A stretch of DNA of 64,000 bases from an uncultured delta proteobacterium (GCA_963847445.1 CAWJZV010000022.1:11205-75204); one strand, 5' to 3'; counted from the stretch's first letter, positions 18,713 to 30,678 are shown. Program-made: numbers and translations. The notes: generated by a model not told the origin, from the sequence alone.

Positions 18713-19760
18713 TCATGCCATGCCGAACAAGCGCATGGCGTTGGCGCCTAGGATCTTTTCTTTGTCGCCGTCTGAAACTCCCTCCATCTCTTTGATCATG
18801 TGCACGGTGCCCTGTTTCGAGTTCCAGGTCGCCGATGGATCGCCGTGCGGATAATCGCTGCCGACGGTGAGATTGTGGCCCTTCCAATAGTCGCAGGCGT
18901 ATTTTAAAGAGTTTTCCGCGGCGAACGCCGAAACCCAGATTTGATCGAAAAACTCCCTGGGATTCTTACCGAGTTTTTTCTTTGCCGCCGGGTCCATGTC
19001 CAAGCGGTCCATCAGCCAGGGCACGAATGCCGCCGAACCCTTCGACAAAGCAGACCCGCAGTTTGGGAAATTCTTTCAGCGCGCCGCGCAGAATCAAACT
19101 GCCGATGTCGACGATGTAGCGAAACGGGAAAGCGAGCAGGAAGGGCAGAGCGTTGTTGTCGACTTCCAGATAAAGCTGCTCGATGCCGACCAGCGCCGGA
19201 TTGGGATGGCCGTCGCGGTCCGATGCAGTATCGTGCACGAGGATCGGTACGTTGAGATCGCAGCACTTCTGGTAGAACGGCCAGAGCTTTTCCGCGCCGA
19301 GATTGGCGTCGGCGAAGCCGCCCATGAATTTTACAGCTTTGAGACCGAGCGTCTTCACCGAACGCTCAAGCTCGCGGCAGGACTCTTCAACGTCGGGAAG
19401 GAAAACCCAGGAGACGCCGTAATATTTCTCCGGGTGGGCGCACTCTTTGAGATCCTGCGCCACCGCGTCATTGTAGCGGCGCGCTAGCTCGCCGCCCAGC
19501 TCGCGATCCCAGGTGTAGAGCAGCTCGCGATTTTCCGGGATGAGCACGTGGATGTCGAAACCTTCCCAGTCCACATGCTGGTCGCGAGTGTCGAGATGCC
19601 AGCGTCCTTTGGGCGCTTGATTTTTGATTAACGTGCCATCCGGCAACACCGATCGCACGTCGTCGCCATTTCTGACGACCCGAGGCGAGTTCGGGAATTT
19701 GGCGCACACCCCTTCCAAAAATTTCACCGGGAAGTAATGGGAATCGCAATCGATGTACAT
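18713..19760 (-). CDS. Amidohydrolase_2 family metal-dependent enzyme (frameshift ~19040)
   Basis: YIDCDSH, WPFY, PILVH, FPKLR, GSDYPHGD, ILGANA. Confidence 0.85.
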
Positions 19761-19920
19761 GGCTTGGTCCTCCTAGATGAATGAATCTGCCGTGTCAGGC
19801 GCAAATAATCACACGCAGTCGTCCGGCTCTTGCTTGATTGTTCCGAGCATACGTCCGCTCAGGTTTTAACGTCAAGGCAAAAACGTTACGAGGCAAATAC
19901 CGGATTCAGGCCGAGAGGGA

Positions 19921-20904
19921 TTACTCCGCAAGTCCCAAAAGTCCGAGCATCCGGGTTACTCGCGCGTCCAGCTCATTTGCGTCACGCAGTTCCGTGACCC
20001 AGATTGTCGGGATATTGGCGAAGCCAAACTTGGCGCCCAGTATGGCGCCGACCACGGCGGCATTGGTATCCGCGTCGCCGCCTTCATGAATCACCTGTAA
20101 AACCCCGTCGCGATAGGATTGAGCATTTTTGAGCGCCCAAAACCCAGCGCCCATCGCTTTGAGGGTATAGCCGATCGAGCCAAGTTCAGTGGCTGTCAAT
20201 CCTTCGTCAAGATCAAAGTCGTCAAGAGTACCGGTCGCCGCCATTTCTAGATATTTGTCGAGCTCAGGCGAATATCCTGCACTCTCGCGCGAGACGATGT
20301 CCAGTATCTCTGAGAATTCTTCTTTGCCCTGAAGCATCAGGGCGATCGCCGTGCTGACGGCGACGCACGAACCGACACAGCGCGGGTCGTAGTGCGTGAT
20401 GCGGCAAACCTTTGCAGCATTCGTTTTGACTTCCGCAAGGGAGTCATATTTCCACACGCCGAGAATTGACGTGCGCATGACCCCGCCGTTGGATGCGACG
20501 TGCCGTCCGGATGATTCCCAAACGTACTGGGCGGCTAAATGGGGCGCGGAGAGAAAATATCTCGACTGGAGCACCGACCAAACCGTATTGCCGATACCCA
20601 TGCCATCCTCAGCCACCCATGTACGGATGCGTTTGGCTATGTCGAGGATGCTGACATCTTGTCCTTCGAGAATGCTGTCAAAAATGCACAGCATCTGGTC
20701 TGTATCGTCGGTCCAATCGCCGATGGCCCAGCGTCTGCGATGAGGATCCTGAATTATTTGTGAATACCTGTCGAGGCCATGGGGGTAATTGGCGATTACT
20801 GTCGCTTTCGGCATGAATTCGGCGCCCAGCCCCAAGGCGTCGCCGATGGCATGGCCGAAGATTGCTCCTCTGCACCGGTCCGCGACTTGATTCATGGTCA
20901 CCAA
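19921..20904 (-). CDS. ADP-ribosylglycohydrolase family protein
   Basis: AIGDALG, WTDDT, NGGVMR, ITH, GGDADTNAA. Confidence 0.9.
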   Translation of the reverse strand: MVTMNQVADRCRGAIFGHAIGDALGLGAEFMPKATVIANYPHGLDRYSQIIQDPHRRRWAIGDWTDDTDQMLCIFDSILEGQDVSILDIAKRIRTWVAEDGMGIGNTVWSVLQSRYFLSAPHLAAQYVWESSGRHVASNGGVMRTSILGVWKYDSLAEVKTNAAKVCRITHYDPRCVGSCVAVSTAIALMLQGKEEFSEILDIVSRESAGYSPELDKYLEMAATGTLDDFDLDEGLTATELGSIGYTLKAMGAGFWALKNAQSYRDGVLQVIHEGGDADTNAAVVGAILGAKFGFANIPTIWVTELRDANELDARVTRMLGLLGLAE

Positions 20905-21003
20905 GTGGATGTTGTGGTTACGCGAGGAAAAATTGACCAGCTGTGGCAGAAAACCGCGCCGGCGATTTTGCAGGACGATGAATCGCCAGCTCCGGTCATC
21001 AAT

Positions 21004-23283
21004 TCACGCCTTCTTCTGCATCGCCGCCAACACGCGCGCTGGTGTAAATGGCGCTTCGCGCAGGCGCGCGCCGATGGCGTCGAAGATGGCGTTGCCAATC
21101 GCCGCGGCGATCGGTGCGCTAGAGGGCTCGCCGCCGCCGAGGGCAGGCATTTCCGGGCGATTGATCAACACCAGTTCGATCTCCGGCACGTCGGGAAAGC
21201 GGATCACCGGATAGCTGACCCAGTCCAGCGTCGTGACGCCCGAGGCGTCGAACTTGACCTCTTCCAGGAGCGAGCGGCTGACGCCCTGAATGATGTTGCC
21301 CTCGATTTGGTTCTTCAGTCCGTCGGGATTGATGATCAGGCCGCAGTCATGAGCCAAGACAAATCGCGTGACCCGGACATTGCCGTTGGATTTGTCGACT
21401 TCCACTTCGGCGACGGCCCCGCATATCGCGTTAGCGCGGTTCGAGATCGACACGCCGCGTCCGTTTGCTGTGTTTCCCGTGGTCGCGGGAGCGGGCGAGG
21501 GACGCTCTTGCCAACGCGCTTGTTTGACGACCGCGTTCAAAGCGTCGATACCGCGTTTGTTGTCGGCAAGATAACGCAGGCGAAATTGCACCGGGTCGAC
21601 CTTCTGATCGGTGGCGATCTCATCGATGAAGCATTCGCTACCGAAGCAACGCGCGATGTCGCCCGGTGCGCGCAAGTAACCAGTGCGCAGTGGCGTTTCT
21701 TCGGCTGGCAATATCCACGGCACCAACGGGGCGCTGCCTTTTTGATTCTCGAAGGTATACATGTCACCGACACCTTGACTACCGTTGGAGTTACCCGTGC
21801 CGGTGGCCTTCATGCCGATCTGGCGCGAAGCGAGCAGACGCAAGCCGCGGCCGGAAGCGGCCGTGAGCGGAAAGCCACGATCGGCGTAGTCCCAAGCGAT
21901 TACTTTGCCCTGAGCGTCAACTCCGGCGCGTGCTAGACCCAGCTGCGCCGGGCCCTTGGGATCCCAAGCATGTTCGTCGTCGCGCATCCATTGCACACGC
22001 ACCGGTTTGCCGACCGCACGCGACAGCAGCGCGGCGTCTTCGGCGCCATCGTCCGCACCCAGGCGGCCGTAGCTGCCGGCTGCTTCGCGCCAGAGGACAC
22101 GGACATTTTTTTCCGGGATGCCGAGTAATTGCGCCACCGCTTCGCGGGTCTCGAAGGAACCTTGAGTGCCGGTGTAGAGTGTTACTTGATCGCCGTTGAC
22201 GTCAGCCACAGCGCAGGATGGACCCATCATGCCGTGCAACTGAAACGGCCAACGGTAGGTGGCTTCGTAGGTTTTGCTCGCCTGTTTCAGTGCTTGCTCG
22301 GGATTGCCGCGATTGACCCGGACCTGATCGTTATATGCTTTGGTGTTTTTGATATAGCCGAAGAGTTCATCATAGTTGGCCGGCATCTTCGTCGCCGGTT
22401 GCGACCATGTGACTTTAAGCGCTTTCGCCGCCTTGACCGCAGCCCATTCTGTCGTGCAGACGACGCCGACAAAACTTCCTTCTTGCACGACTTTCACCAA
22501 ACCTGGGATGTTCTTTACGGCACTTTCATCGATGTTCGCCGGCTTGGAAGTTATCGTGGGCGGCCGCACCACGCGGCCGTGCAACATGCCAGGGATGCGG
22601 ACATCGTGGGCGTAGACAAAGTCACCGGTCAGCTTCGGCGGTAGGTCGAGCCGTTTCTGCGAAGTGCCGACTATTTTATAATCTTTGACGTTTTTTGCGC
22701 GCACCTCGGGCGCGACTTTCATGTTCCAGCCGGTGCCTTCGGCGGTGATTTTTAGGTTGAACTTCTTGCCGCCGATGAGCTGGCCATAGGATACGGATGT
22801 TTTTCCATCGCTGACAATACCGTCCGTGACCGTGAGCTTTTCCACAATCGTGTTAAGCCGGGCGGCGGCTAGTTTCAACAACTCCTGGCGCGCCGCGGCG
22901 GCGGCCTGGCGCAGCTGCGGGCCGCCGCGTTCGATGGTTCGGCTGCCGGCGGTGATGCCCTGGTCGATGGTTTTCGCCGTGTCCAATTCGATCATATGGA
23001 TGCGGTTGAACGGCACGTCCAATTCTTCGGCGACGATTTGCGCCAGCGCGGTTGTCACGCCGGTGCCGAGATCGACTTTACCGGAATAGACCGTCACCGT
23101 ACCGTCGGGCGCGATGGCGAGCCAGGAATCGAGTTGTGTCGGATCGGCGTCAAAGCGCGGCTCCACATTCGACTGGGCGCACACGCCCGACGCTGGAAAC
23201 AAGTTGAAACTGACGACCAGCGCGCCCGAGGATTTGAGAAATTCTCGGCGAGTAAGAGTCGAAATTTTCTTCGATTTCATCAT
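21004..23283 (-). CDS. Xanthine dehydrogenase family molybdopterin subunit (IorB-like), Tat-exported
   Basis: TRREFLK Tat motif, GKVDLGTG, LRAPG, INPDG..NQIEG, GGGEP. Confidence 0.9.
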   Translation of the reverse strand: MMKSKKISTLTRREFLKSSGALVVSFNLFPASGVCAQSNVEPRFDADPTQLDSWLAIAPDGTVTVYSGKVDLGTGVTTALAQIVAEELDVPFNRIHMIELDTAKTIDQGITAGSRTIERGGPQLRQAAAAARQELLKLAAARLNTIVEKLTVTDGIVSDGKTSVSYGQLIGGKKFNLKITAEGTGWNMKVAPEVRAKNVKDYKIVGTSQKRLDLPPKLTGDFVYAHDVRIPGMLHGRVVRPPTITSKPANIDESAVKNIPGLVKVVQEGSFVGVVCTTEWAAVKAAKALKVTWSQPATKMPANYDELFGYIKNTKAYNDQVRVNRGNPEQALKQASKTYEATYRWPFQLHGMMGPSCAVADVNGDQVTLYTGTQGSFETREAVAQLLGIPEKNVRVLWREAAGSYGRLGADDGAEDAALLSRAVGKPVRVQWMRDDEHAWDPKGPAQLGLARAGVDAQGKVIAWDYADRGFPLTAASGRGLRLLASRQIGMKATGTGNSNGSQGVGDMYTFENQKGSAPLVPWILPAEETPLRTGYLRAPGDIARCFGSECFIDEIATDQKVDPVQFRLRYLADNKRGIDALNAVVKQARWQERPSPAPATTGNTANGRGVSISNRANAICGAVAEVEVDKSNGNVRVTRFVLAHDCGLIINPDGLKNQIEGNIIQGVSRSLLEEVKFDASGVTTLDWVSYPVIRFPDVPEIELVLINRPEMPALGGGEPSSAPIAAAIGNAIFDAIGARLREAPFTPARVLAAMQKKA

Positions 23284-23290
23284 CGGCTCC

Positions 23291-23755
23291 TTAAGCTAGT
23301 TGCCCCGACGCGCGTTTGACCGCGCGCAGGATTCTTACATGGGTGCCGCAGCGGCAGAGATTGCCCGCCAGAGCTTCCTTGATCTGCGCATCCGTCGGCT
23401 TCGGATTCTTATCGAGCAGGGCTTTGCTGGTCATGATCATGCCGTTGATGCAGTAGCCGCATTGCACCGCTTGCTCGTCGACGAAAGCCTGCTGGATCTT
23501 GTGCATCTTCTTGGTGTTGCCCAAGCCTTCGAGCGTGGTCACCGCTTTGTTTTGCACCGTGCCAACCGGCGTAACGCAAGAGCGGATGGCGACCCCGTCC
23601 ATGATCACCGTGCATGCGCCGCACTGTGCTAGGCCGCAGCCAAACTTGGGGCCATTTAACTGTAAATCGTTGCGCAGCGCATAGAGTAGCGGCATTTCCG
23701 GCTCAGCGTCGACGATTTGCGACTTGCCATTTACACGGAGTGAGAGTTTGGCCAT
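23291..23755 (-). CDS. [2Fe-2S] subunit (IorA/CoxS-like)
   Basis: KFGCGLAQCGAC, QCGYC, NLCRCG. Confidence 0.95.
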   Translation of the reverse strand: MAKLSLRVNGKSQIVDAEPEMPLLYALRNDLQLNGPKFGCGLAQCGACTVIMDGVAIRSCVTPVGTVQNKAVTTLEGLGNTKKMHKIQQAFVDEQAVQCGYCINGMIMTSKALLDKNPKPTDAQIKEALAGNLCRCGTHVRILRAVKRASGQLA

Positions 23756-23928
23756 GGGAGGCTCCTCCTATTTGGTTTCGGGCTAGAGTCTCGGGTGAGG
23801 TACTGAATTCGTTTGTCTACCTATGGGGCGCATTAAAGATGAAACTTGGTCCCCAAGTCAAGTTGAAATTAGACGCTGCCTGTCTGTGCCGTCGTGCAGA
23901 CGAGGCGCCAGACTCTAGACGGTTTACG

Positions 23929-24903
23929 CTATTTCGCGCTGTTCAATTGCCGCACGAAACGGTCGTCGAAGAATTGCCCCGGCGTAGCCTTCCTGGCTTC
24001 TGGAACGGTTTCCGACATAAAGTCCAAGATGCCTTGCATCCCCGGTTCGGAAATCATCAGCTCACGCTTGAAGCCGGCTTTGCGGTAAAATTCATAGGTG
24101 CGCTCGATGATATCGGGATCGCTGTCCTTGGTGTATTTCGGTATGACTCTCATGGTGAACGGCTTGTCGTTGTAGTAGCGATCAATGCCGCTGCGCACGG
24201 CGCGCAAGAGCGGAACCAGGCGCGGCGCTAGTTCTTCCATGCGGCTTTTCCGAACCACAAGCCCGACGTTTTGATAAGGCTGATCCATCGTGGTCGCCAG
24301 GGAGCGAAAGCCGGCGCGCTCAATTTGAAAACTTACCGGTGGGCCCAGCGCCCCTGCGACAATCTGGTTGGTTTGCAGCGAAGCCGCGATCTGGATCGTG
24401 CCGCCCATGATGCGCAGCTGCACATCCTTGGGCGTTAGGCCCAACTTACGCAGCGCAACCAATGTGCCGTAAGCCACGGGCGTGCCTGGCCGTTCGGTGC
24501 CGACGATTTTCCCGCGCAAATGCTCGGCAGTTTTGATTTCGGGCCGAGCGTATAAATCCCAGACCATGGTGTTGAGCATGCCGGAAATAAACACCACATC
24601 GAAGCCGCGCAGCGAAGCCGTAATCACCGGCACTGCGGAAACTTGAATGACGTCGACTTCGTTGGCGATCAAGGCGGGTAGGGCTAGGACCGAGGACATG
24701 GAAATCATCTCAACGTCCAGGCCCTCTTTAGCGAAGCCGCCGCTCTCTTTGGCCATCCACAGCGATGCCATGGTTCCCGACGTGAATAGGTAGGCGATGC
24801 GTAATGGGCGGGGAGTGCCGGCGTGGGCTTCTTGAGCTGTGCCAACGGCGAGCGCCAGGAGGATCATCAGCGCGACGATCAACTTGTTATGGAAAACCCC
24901 CAT
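23929..24903 (-). CDS. NMT1/SsuA-like ABC substrate-binding protein
   Basis: LWMAKESGGFAKEGLDVE; close paralog of 58942-59943. Confidence 0.85.
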   Translation of the reverse strand: MGVFHNKLIVALMILLALAVGTAQEAHAGTPRPLRIAYLFTSGTMASLWMAKESGGFAKEGLDVEMISMSSVLALPALIANEVDVIQVSAVPVITASLRGFDVVFISGMLNTMVWDLYARPEIKTAEHLRGKIVGTERPGTPVAYGTLVALRKLGLTPKDVQLRIMGGTIQIAASLQTNQIVAGALGPPVSFQIERAGFRSLATTMDQPYQNVGLVVRKSRMEELAPRLVPLLRAVRSGIDRYYNDKPFTMRVIPKYTKDSDPDIIERTYEFYRKAGFKRELMISEPGMQGILDFMSETVPEARKATPGQFFDDRFVRQLNSAK

Positions 24904-25120
24904 GAGCGCTTTGTAGTATGGTCCGGCGTCGGTTCGCAAGGATGAATAGATTGGCGTTTGTCGCAAAAGGTGGCAATTGTGGACTGTCAAGCGAATCGTC
25001 TCGAAGCTGAAACGCGGCGCAAAAATTAATGAGGGCGCAAATTAACTGTCCGCTCGGAACCGGCAGGTCACTTTTATGCGATTGGCGATTATCGTTGCGG
25101 GTCCGGGAAAACAAAACGAT

Positions 25121-25491
25121 TCAAACATAATGGCGAATAAATTCGTAATATCCTCTCTTTCCATACTCAGAGTGCCTTACGACCGAGCGCCTGATTTTTT
25201 CTATTCGCGCCAGGTATTCGACAAGGGTCAGATTATTTATTTTTCCGATGCGTTCAGCGCCAATGACGACACACCAATCGACAATACCCTTGGCGAGCGG
25301 GTGGTTGGTAACCTTTTCGTGCTTGGCGAATCCGCATTGCTTGCGAACGGCTATTTTGGCGTTTTCCAAGGCGAAGATGCAGAGTGAATCGGTAAGATCG
25401 GCGTGCAGCTCATACTCCCGCTTGAGACCGGCTTCGATATTCTGACATACGTCGAGGTGTGGGTCGTTGTTAAAATCTTTCTTGGTCGTTG
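25121..25491 (-). pseudogene. Hypothetical protein lacking a canonical start
   Basis: Frame stays open ~40 codons upstream of ORF 25121-25369 (TKKDFNNDPHLDVCQNIEAGLKREY...) with no ATG/GTG. Confidence 0.45.
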
Positions 25492-25680
25492 CCGCTCAGG
25501 TTAACTGGACACGATCCGAAAAAGCATTCAAAAAATCACCGTCACACTGTAGTTGCTTTTGCCGGTCTGCTAAATCTCACCTGTCCTTAACGTCATTGCG
25601 CCTTTGCGGCAGTAATCTGCCAACCCCAATCCAATCAGTTATCTCTACGCCAGCGTCTCGGCGGTGAAATTCCGATTCTT

Positions 25681-26955
25681 TTATCCCGCTTGCGCCGGCC
25701 TGGGCTCTTCATTGACGAACCAGAGCAGCAGCATGCCGGCGATGTAGGTGGCGGCGGCGATGTAGAAGGCCGGGGTGAAGCCGTAGTTTTGCATGACGTA
25801 GCCGATGATCAAGGTCCAGATCGGTCCTGAGATAAAACCGACGAAGTAGTAGATCGAGAAGGCCGCGTCGGTGAGCTCGGGCGTGGCGAAATCGCCGATC
25901 ATGGTTTGGGTCAGCGAGCCGCGCGCCTGGACGAAGGCGCCATAAAGAATCAGATTGACATAGAAGAGAATGCTCAGGGATGGATGTTGCACCAGCCATA
26001 CGGTGGTCACCGCCGATAGCAATAAAGTGAGCTGCGTGATGCCGCGCCGCTTGCCGGAGCGGTCGGAGAACCAGGCGATCAAGAGTGGGCCGACCAAGCC
26101 GGCGCCTTGCATCAGCGTTAATATCAAACCGCCGCCCGAGGCGGTGACGCCAAATTTGTTGCATGAAGAACGGCACCAGATAGGTCATGTTGACACCGGT
26201 GCCGCGTCCCGCCGCGCCGACCATCAGGACTAACGAGGTCAGGACGATGTTGCGGTTCTTCAAACACTGGAGATAGGCAGTCGAATCCAGCTTTGGCTTT
26301 CGCCTTGCCGCCGAGTTGTTCACTGGCGCCACCGGCGTGATCCTTGACGAGAAATAGCGTCAGCCCCATGACCAGACTGAAGGCGCCGAAGATCACGAAG
26401 GCGGTCTGCCAGGTAAAATATAGCAACGCCAACGACGCGGCCGCTGGGCCGATAAACGAGCCGAGGTTTCCCGCCGAGTGATGAAAGGTCAGCGCCCAGC
26501 CGCGCGACTGCGGATAATAGCGCGACAGGATGCTCGATCCCAACGGATGCTGCGGGCTAGAGCCGGCGTCGATGGCGACGCGGGCGGCGACCAGTTGGGG
26601 AAAACTGCTGACGAAGAACTGCGACATCGCGGTGATGCCGACGACGCAGTTGCCGATGGCGAGCATGGTGCTGCGTTTGAAAAAATTCGACAAGAAGCCG
26701 TAGATCACTTGCAGCCCCTGGCCGACGAAGCTCGACAACGCCGAGATGAATCCCAAGCCGACTAGATCCGAACCCCAACTCGGTCATCATCACCGGAAAT
26801 ATCACCGAGGTGATGCTGTATTGGAGATGATTCAAGACATGGCAGCCGCTGATGAGGCTGAGCGCCAGGCGCTTTTGTTGCAGCGTCACTTCGAGCGTCG
26901 GCGTTTCGCTGCCGGTGTTGGCGGCGGCATCGGCTGTGGTGGAGTGATCGGCCAT
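25681..26955 (-). CDS. MFS transporter (several frameshifts)
   Basis: Overlapping ORF pieces: CHVLNH, HPLGSSILSRYYPQSRG, WFSDRSG. Confidence 0.8.
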
Positions 26956-27052
26956 GGCTCTAAATTCCTTGGAGTAATGGAGTGTTGAATAATCTAGTAC
27001 TGCGTTTGGTTTATAGCGCCGCAGTGGTTGCTGTCAAACTCATGGTTTCGAG

Positions 27053-28642
27053 TTACGGGTTTCGAGTTTTGGGCCAGCGCGTAACTCGTAACTCTAAACC
27101 CGAGACGGTTTCCCCGCCCCGCGGCGTATTCGCCGGCGTGTAGTTGGCCATGAAAAAACTTATCGCGAGACCGAGCAGCATCAGCACGAAACCGGTCAAA
27201 AATGCATACCAGAGCGCGTCGCCGAGGCTGGCGATTAACTTAGGCAGCATATCGGCGGGAATCTGTGCGCGGGTGAGCGGCTCCAAAAGATTTTGCGGGT
27301 TGGCGAGTTTGGACCAGACAGTGGCGTCAACGGTGGGATTGGCGGCGCGCAATTGGCCGAGAGAGTTTTGCATTTGACTGAGCATCACCGTGCCCATGAC
27401 GCTGACGGCAAACGCCGCGCCGAAGGTGCGGAACAACATGACCGTCGATGTCGCCACGCCGATGCGCTGTGGGCGCGACCGAGCTTTGGGCCGCGACCAG
27501 GGTGGTGAGATTGGCCATGCCCATGCCGACGCCGATGGCGCCGGCGCTAAATGCGACGGCGACGATGCTGGCGCTAAACTGCGGCGCGACGAAAATGGCG
27601 TAGCCGATCGCGAGCAAACTCATGCCGGTAACCGCGGCGAAGCGATAGCCGAACCGGTTGATCCAGCGGCCGGCGAGCAAACTGCCGGCGGTCCAGCCCA
27701 TGCTCAGAATCAAAATAACCAGACCGGTGGCCGTGGCGGTCAGGCCGATCACGCCCTGGAGGAACAGCGGCATGTAGCTGATCGCGCCGAACACGCCCAT
27801 GGCCGAGATCGTGGCGACGGCGGCGGCCGAGTTATACAAGCCGATGTGAAACAGATCGACGGGCAAGATCGGCTCGGCGGCGCGCCGCTCGATGAAATAG
27901 AAAACGATTAAAATCACCAAACCGGCGCCGATGTAGCTCAAGGTTTCGGCGTTTAGCGGGTGGCGCGCGTGAGCGCTTTGCGCCAGAGCGTAGAATAATA
28001 ACAGCAAGCCAACGAGCAAGCGTGAATGCGCCGGCGAGATCGAGTCGAGCGGCCCGGCGCGTGCCTGCTTCTTCTTTCAAGCCGACGACGATCAGTGTCG
28101 TGGCGATGGCGATCAGCGGCAGGTTGATGAAGAAGATCCAGCGCCAACTCCAATTCTCGACAATGACGCCGCCGGCCAGGGGGCCGAGGATGGAGGCGAG
28201 GCCCCAGATGCCGCTGATGATGCCTTGCATCTTGGCGCGCTGCTCAGCGGGAAAGATCACCCCGATGACGATAAACGACAGCGCATAGATGGCGCCGCCG
28301 CCCAGCCCTTGGACGGCGCGAAAGGCGATCATCGCTTCCATGCTTTGGGCCAGCGCCGCATAGCGTCGAGCCGAGCAGAAAGATCGCGATGCCGATCAGC
28401 ATCAGCCGGCGCTTGCTGAACAGGTCGGCGAGCTTGCCGAAGATCGGCGTGGTCAGCGCCGAGGTCAGCATGTAAATCGTAAACACCCAGCTATAGAGTT
28501 CCAGGCCGCCCAATTTGGCGACGATGGTCGGCATCGACGTGCTGACGACGGTCGCGTCGATGGCGAAAAGAAAGATCACCATCATGACGCCGATGGCGGC
28601 GAGATTGCGCTTGGCGGCGGGCGCGCTTCGGTTGGCATTCAT
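27053..28642 (-). CDS. DHA2/EmrB-like MFS efflux transporter (several frameshifts)
   Basis: AIDATVVSTSMPTI, GKLADLF, RAVQGLGGG, WRWIFFINLP, ERRAAEPILP. Confidence 0.85.
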
Positions 28643-28781
28643 GATGGCGGCGATAGACGATGTCGGTCCTCTTGAGTTGTCTTAGATTGGCTTGGGAGTC
28701 AAGCCGCAGCAAAAATTGCGCATTGCGTTGACGCGCGCTGCCGGCAGCGCTAAAAAAGCAGCTATCTTACGGAGGCACCTG

Positions 28782-29786
28782 ATGTTGCAAAAATTTACGC
28801 TACTCACTCTCGTCACGATCAGTTATTTCTTTGTCCCGCGCATGGCCGCGGCGCAGATCACGGCTGAATTGATCGACGCCGCCAAAAAAGAAGGCGAGGT
28901 GATGCTCTACGGCGCTATCACCGTTAACTCGTCGAAAGCGGTCGGCGATGCCTTCGAGAAGAAGTACGGCATCAAGCTGCGCCACTGGCGCGGCGACGCG
29001 ACCGAACTGATCAATCGCAGTCTGGCTGAAGCGCGGGCGGGGAAGCCGGCGTTCGACGTCACGCTGGGCAACGAAGTGGTGATGGCCGCGCTCGACGAGA
29101 AGAGCCTGTTCGCCGTCTTCGAACCGCCGGCGGCGAAGGCCTTTCCGAAGCAGTTTCTCGACCCGGACAAAAAGATGACGCCCTGGCGTGTGTTGCCCTA
29201 CGGCATCAATTACAATCACCAACTCTTGAAGGCTGAAGAAGCGCCTAAAAATTGGGAGGAACTGTTGCAGCCGAAGTGGAAAGGTAAGTTCGGTGTCGCC
29301 AATCCGGGCATTCACGTGACGACGCTGCAGTTCGTTTTGAATCTTGACAAGTTGTTGGGGCCCAAGTGGCTCAAGGTGGTCGAGGGATGGGCGCAGCAGG
29401 AGCCGCGGGTAGGGCGCAGCCTAGCGGACAATATCCAGCCGTTAACCTCGGGCGAGATCCAGGTCGCCGTCGGCTACATCAAAGATAAGTTTCAGTATCC
29501 CGGTCCCATCGAGTATGTGCGCATGAATAAATATTTGGCGTCCTTGAGTTTCATCGCGATCAATCGCCAGGCGCCGCACGCCAACGCGGCGCGCCTGTTC
29601 GCCGATTTCTTCGTCGGGCCTGAAGCCCAGCGCATCTTCGGCAACTTCGGCGAATATGTGTTTCATCCCGAAGCCGATCACAAGTTCAAAAAGGATGTGA
29701 AGGACGACCAGATCCTAGTCATGCGGCTGCCAAACAACGAGGAGCTGACAAATTGGAGCAAGAAGTTTCGGGAAATGTTTCGGTAA
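28782..29786 (+). CDS. Extracellular solute-binding protein (Fe/thiamine class)
   Basis: AAKKEGEV, FEKKYGI, LLQPKWKGK, APHANAARLF. Confidence 0.85.
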   Translation: MLQKFTLLTLVTISYFFVPRMAAAQITAELIDAAKKEGEVMLYGAITVNSSKAVGDAFEKKYGIKLRHWRGDATELINRSLAEARAGKPAFDVTLGNEVVMAALDEKSLFAVFEPPAAKAFPKQFLDPDKKMTPWRVLPYGINYNHQLLKAEEAPKNWEELLQPKWKGKFGVANPGIHVTTLQFVLNLDKLLGPKWLKVVEGWAQQEPRVGRSLADNIQPLTSGEIQVAVGYIKDKFQYPGPIEYVRMNKYLASLSFIAINRQAPHANAARLFADFFVGPEAQRIFGNFGEYVFHPEADHKFKKDVKDDQILVMRLPNNEELTNWSKKFREMFR

Positions 29787-29797
29787 CGCAGCAGTAA

Positions 29798-29867
29798 AGT
29801 ATTGAAATAATGGAGTATTGGAGTATTCGGCTATTCGGTCGATTACTCCATGACTCCAATCTTCCAG
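29798..29867. repeat. GGAGTA(A/T)T octamer palindrome
   Basis: taatggagtattggagtatt ... attactccatgactccaat; related to 26971 and 32111. Confidence 0.75.
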
Positions 29868-29886
29868 TTGGGCTTCGAGGCTACAG

Positions 29887-30678
29887 ATGCTTGAATTAGA
29901 CAAGATCCCTTTTCCTGAAGTGAAGCGGTTGGCCGATGGCGGCCGGGCGCTGACGATTCTCCCGGTCGGTGTCGTCGAGGAGCATGGCGCGCATCTGCCG
30001 TTGGGAGTCGATTCCTTTGCGGCGGAGATTTACGCAGCTTCGGCGGCGCCGCATTTGGAAGGCGCGGGCTATGAAGTCGTCGTCGCGCCGACGATCAACT
30101 ACGGTGTGGCGCGGGCGGCCATCGATTTCCCCGGTACTTTGTCGTTGGAACCGGAGACCTTACGCTCGATGGTAGTCGAGATCGGCAAATCGCTGGCGCG
30201 CCATGGACTCAACCGTCTCGTGGTACTCAACGGCCATCGCGATCTGCACCATATGAAAGCGCTCGATGATGCGCGGGCGATTCTCGTCTCGGAAAAAGCC
30301 GCGCAGGTTCTGGTTGTTGGCTTTGCTCACGATCCGGAAATGACCGCCGCCTGTTATCGCGAAGGCGTGAAACAATTCTACCAGAGCCCGCGTCCCGATC
30401 GTGAAGGACATGGCGGCGAATCGGAGACTTCGGTGGCGCTGCATAGCTTTCCCGAGTTGGTGAAGCGCGAGATTATCGGCGAGCTGACGCCGAACTTCGA
30501 CTACGATGTCGAGGCGTTTCGCAATGAAACCAAAGACTACTGGAGCATTACCGACGGCCGTGGTTACTTCGGCTCGCCGCAAGCGGCGACGGCGGAGACG
30601 GGCGCGAAATTAGTGGCGATCCGCGGCGGCAATATCGCTAATGTGATCTTGAAGGCGTGGGGTAAGCCGTCGACGTGA
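29887..30678 (+). CDS. Creatininase/MftE family amidohydrolase
   Basis: EEHGAHLPLGVD, NGH, HGGESETS. Confidence 0.9.
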   Translation: MLELDKIPFPEVKRLADGGRALTILPVGVVEEHGAHLPLGVDSFAAEIYAASAAPHLEGAGYEVVVAPTINYGVARAAIDFPGTLSLEPETLRSMVVEIGKSLARHGLNRLVVLNGHRDLHHMKALDDARAILVSEKAAQVLVVGFAHDPEMTAACYREGVKQFYQSPRPDREGHGGESETSVALHSFPELVKREIIGELTPNFDYDVEAFRNETKDYWSITDGRGYFGSPQAATAETGAKLVAIRGGNIANVILKAWGKPST

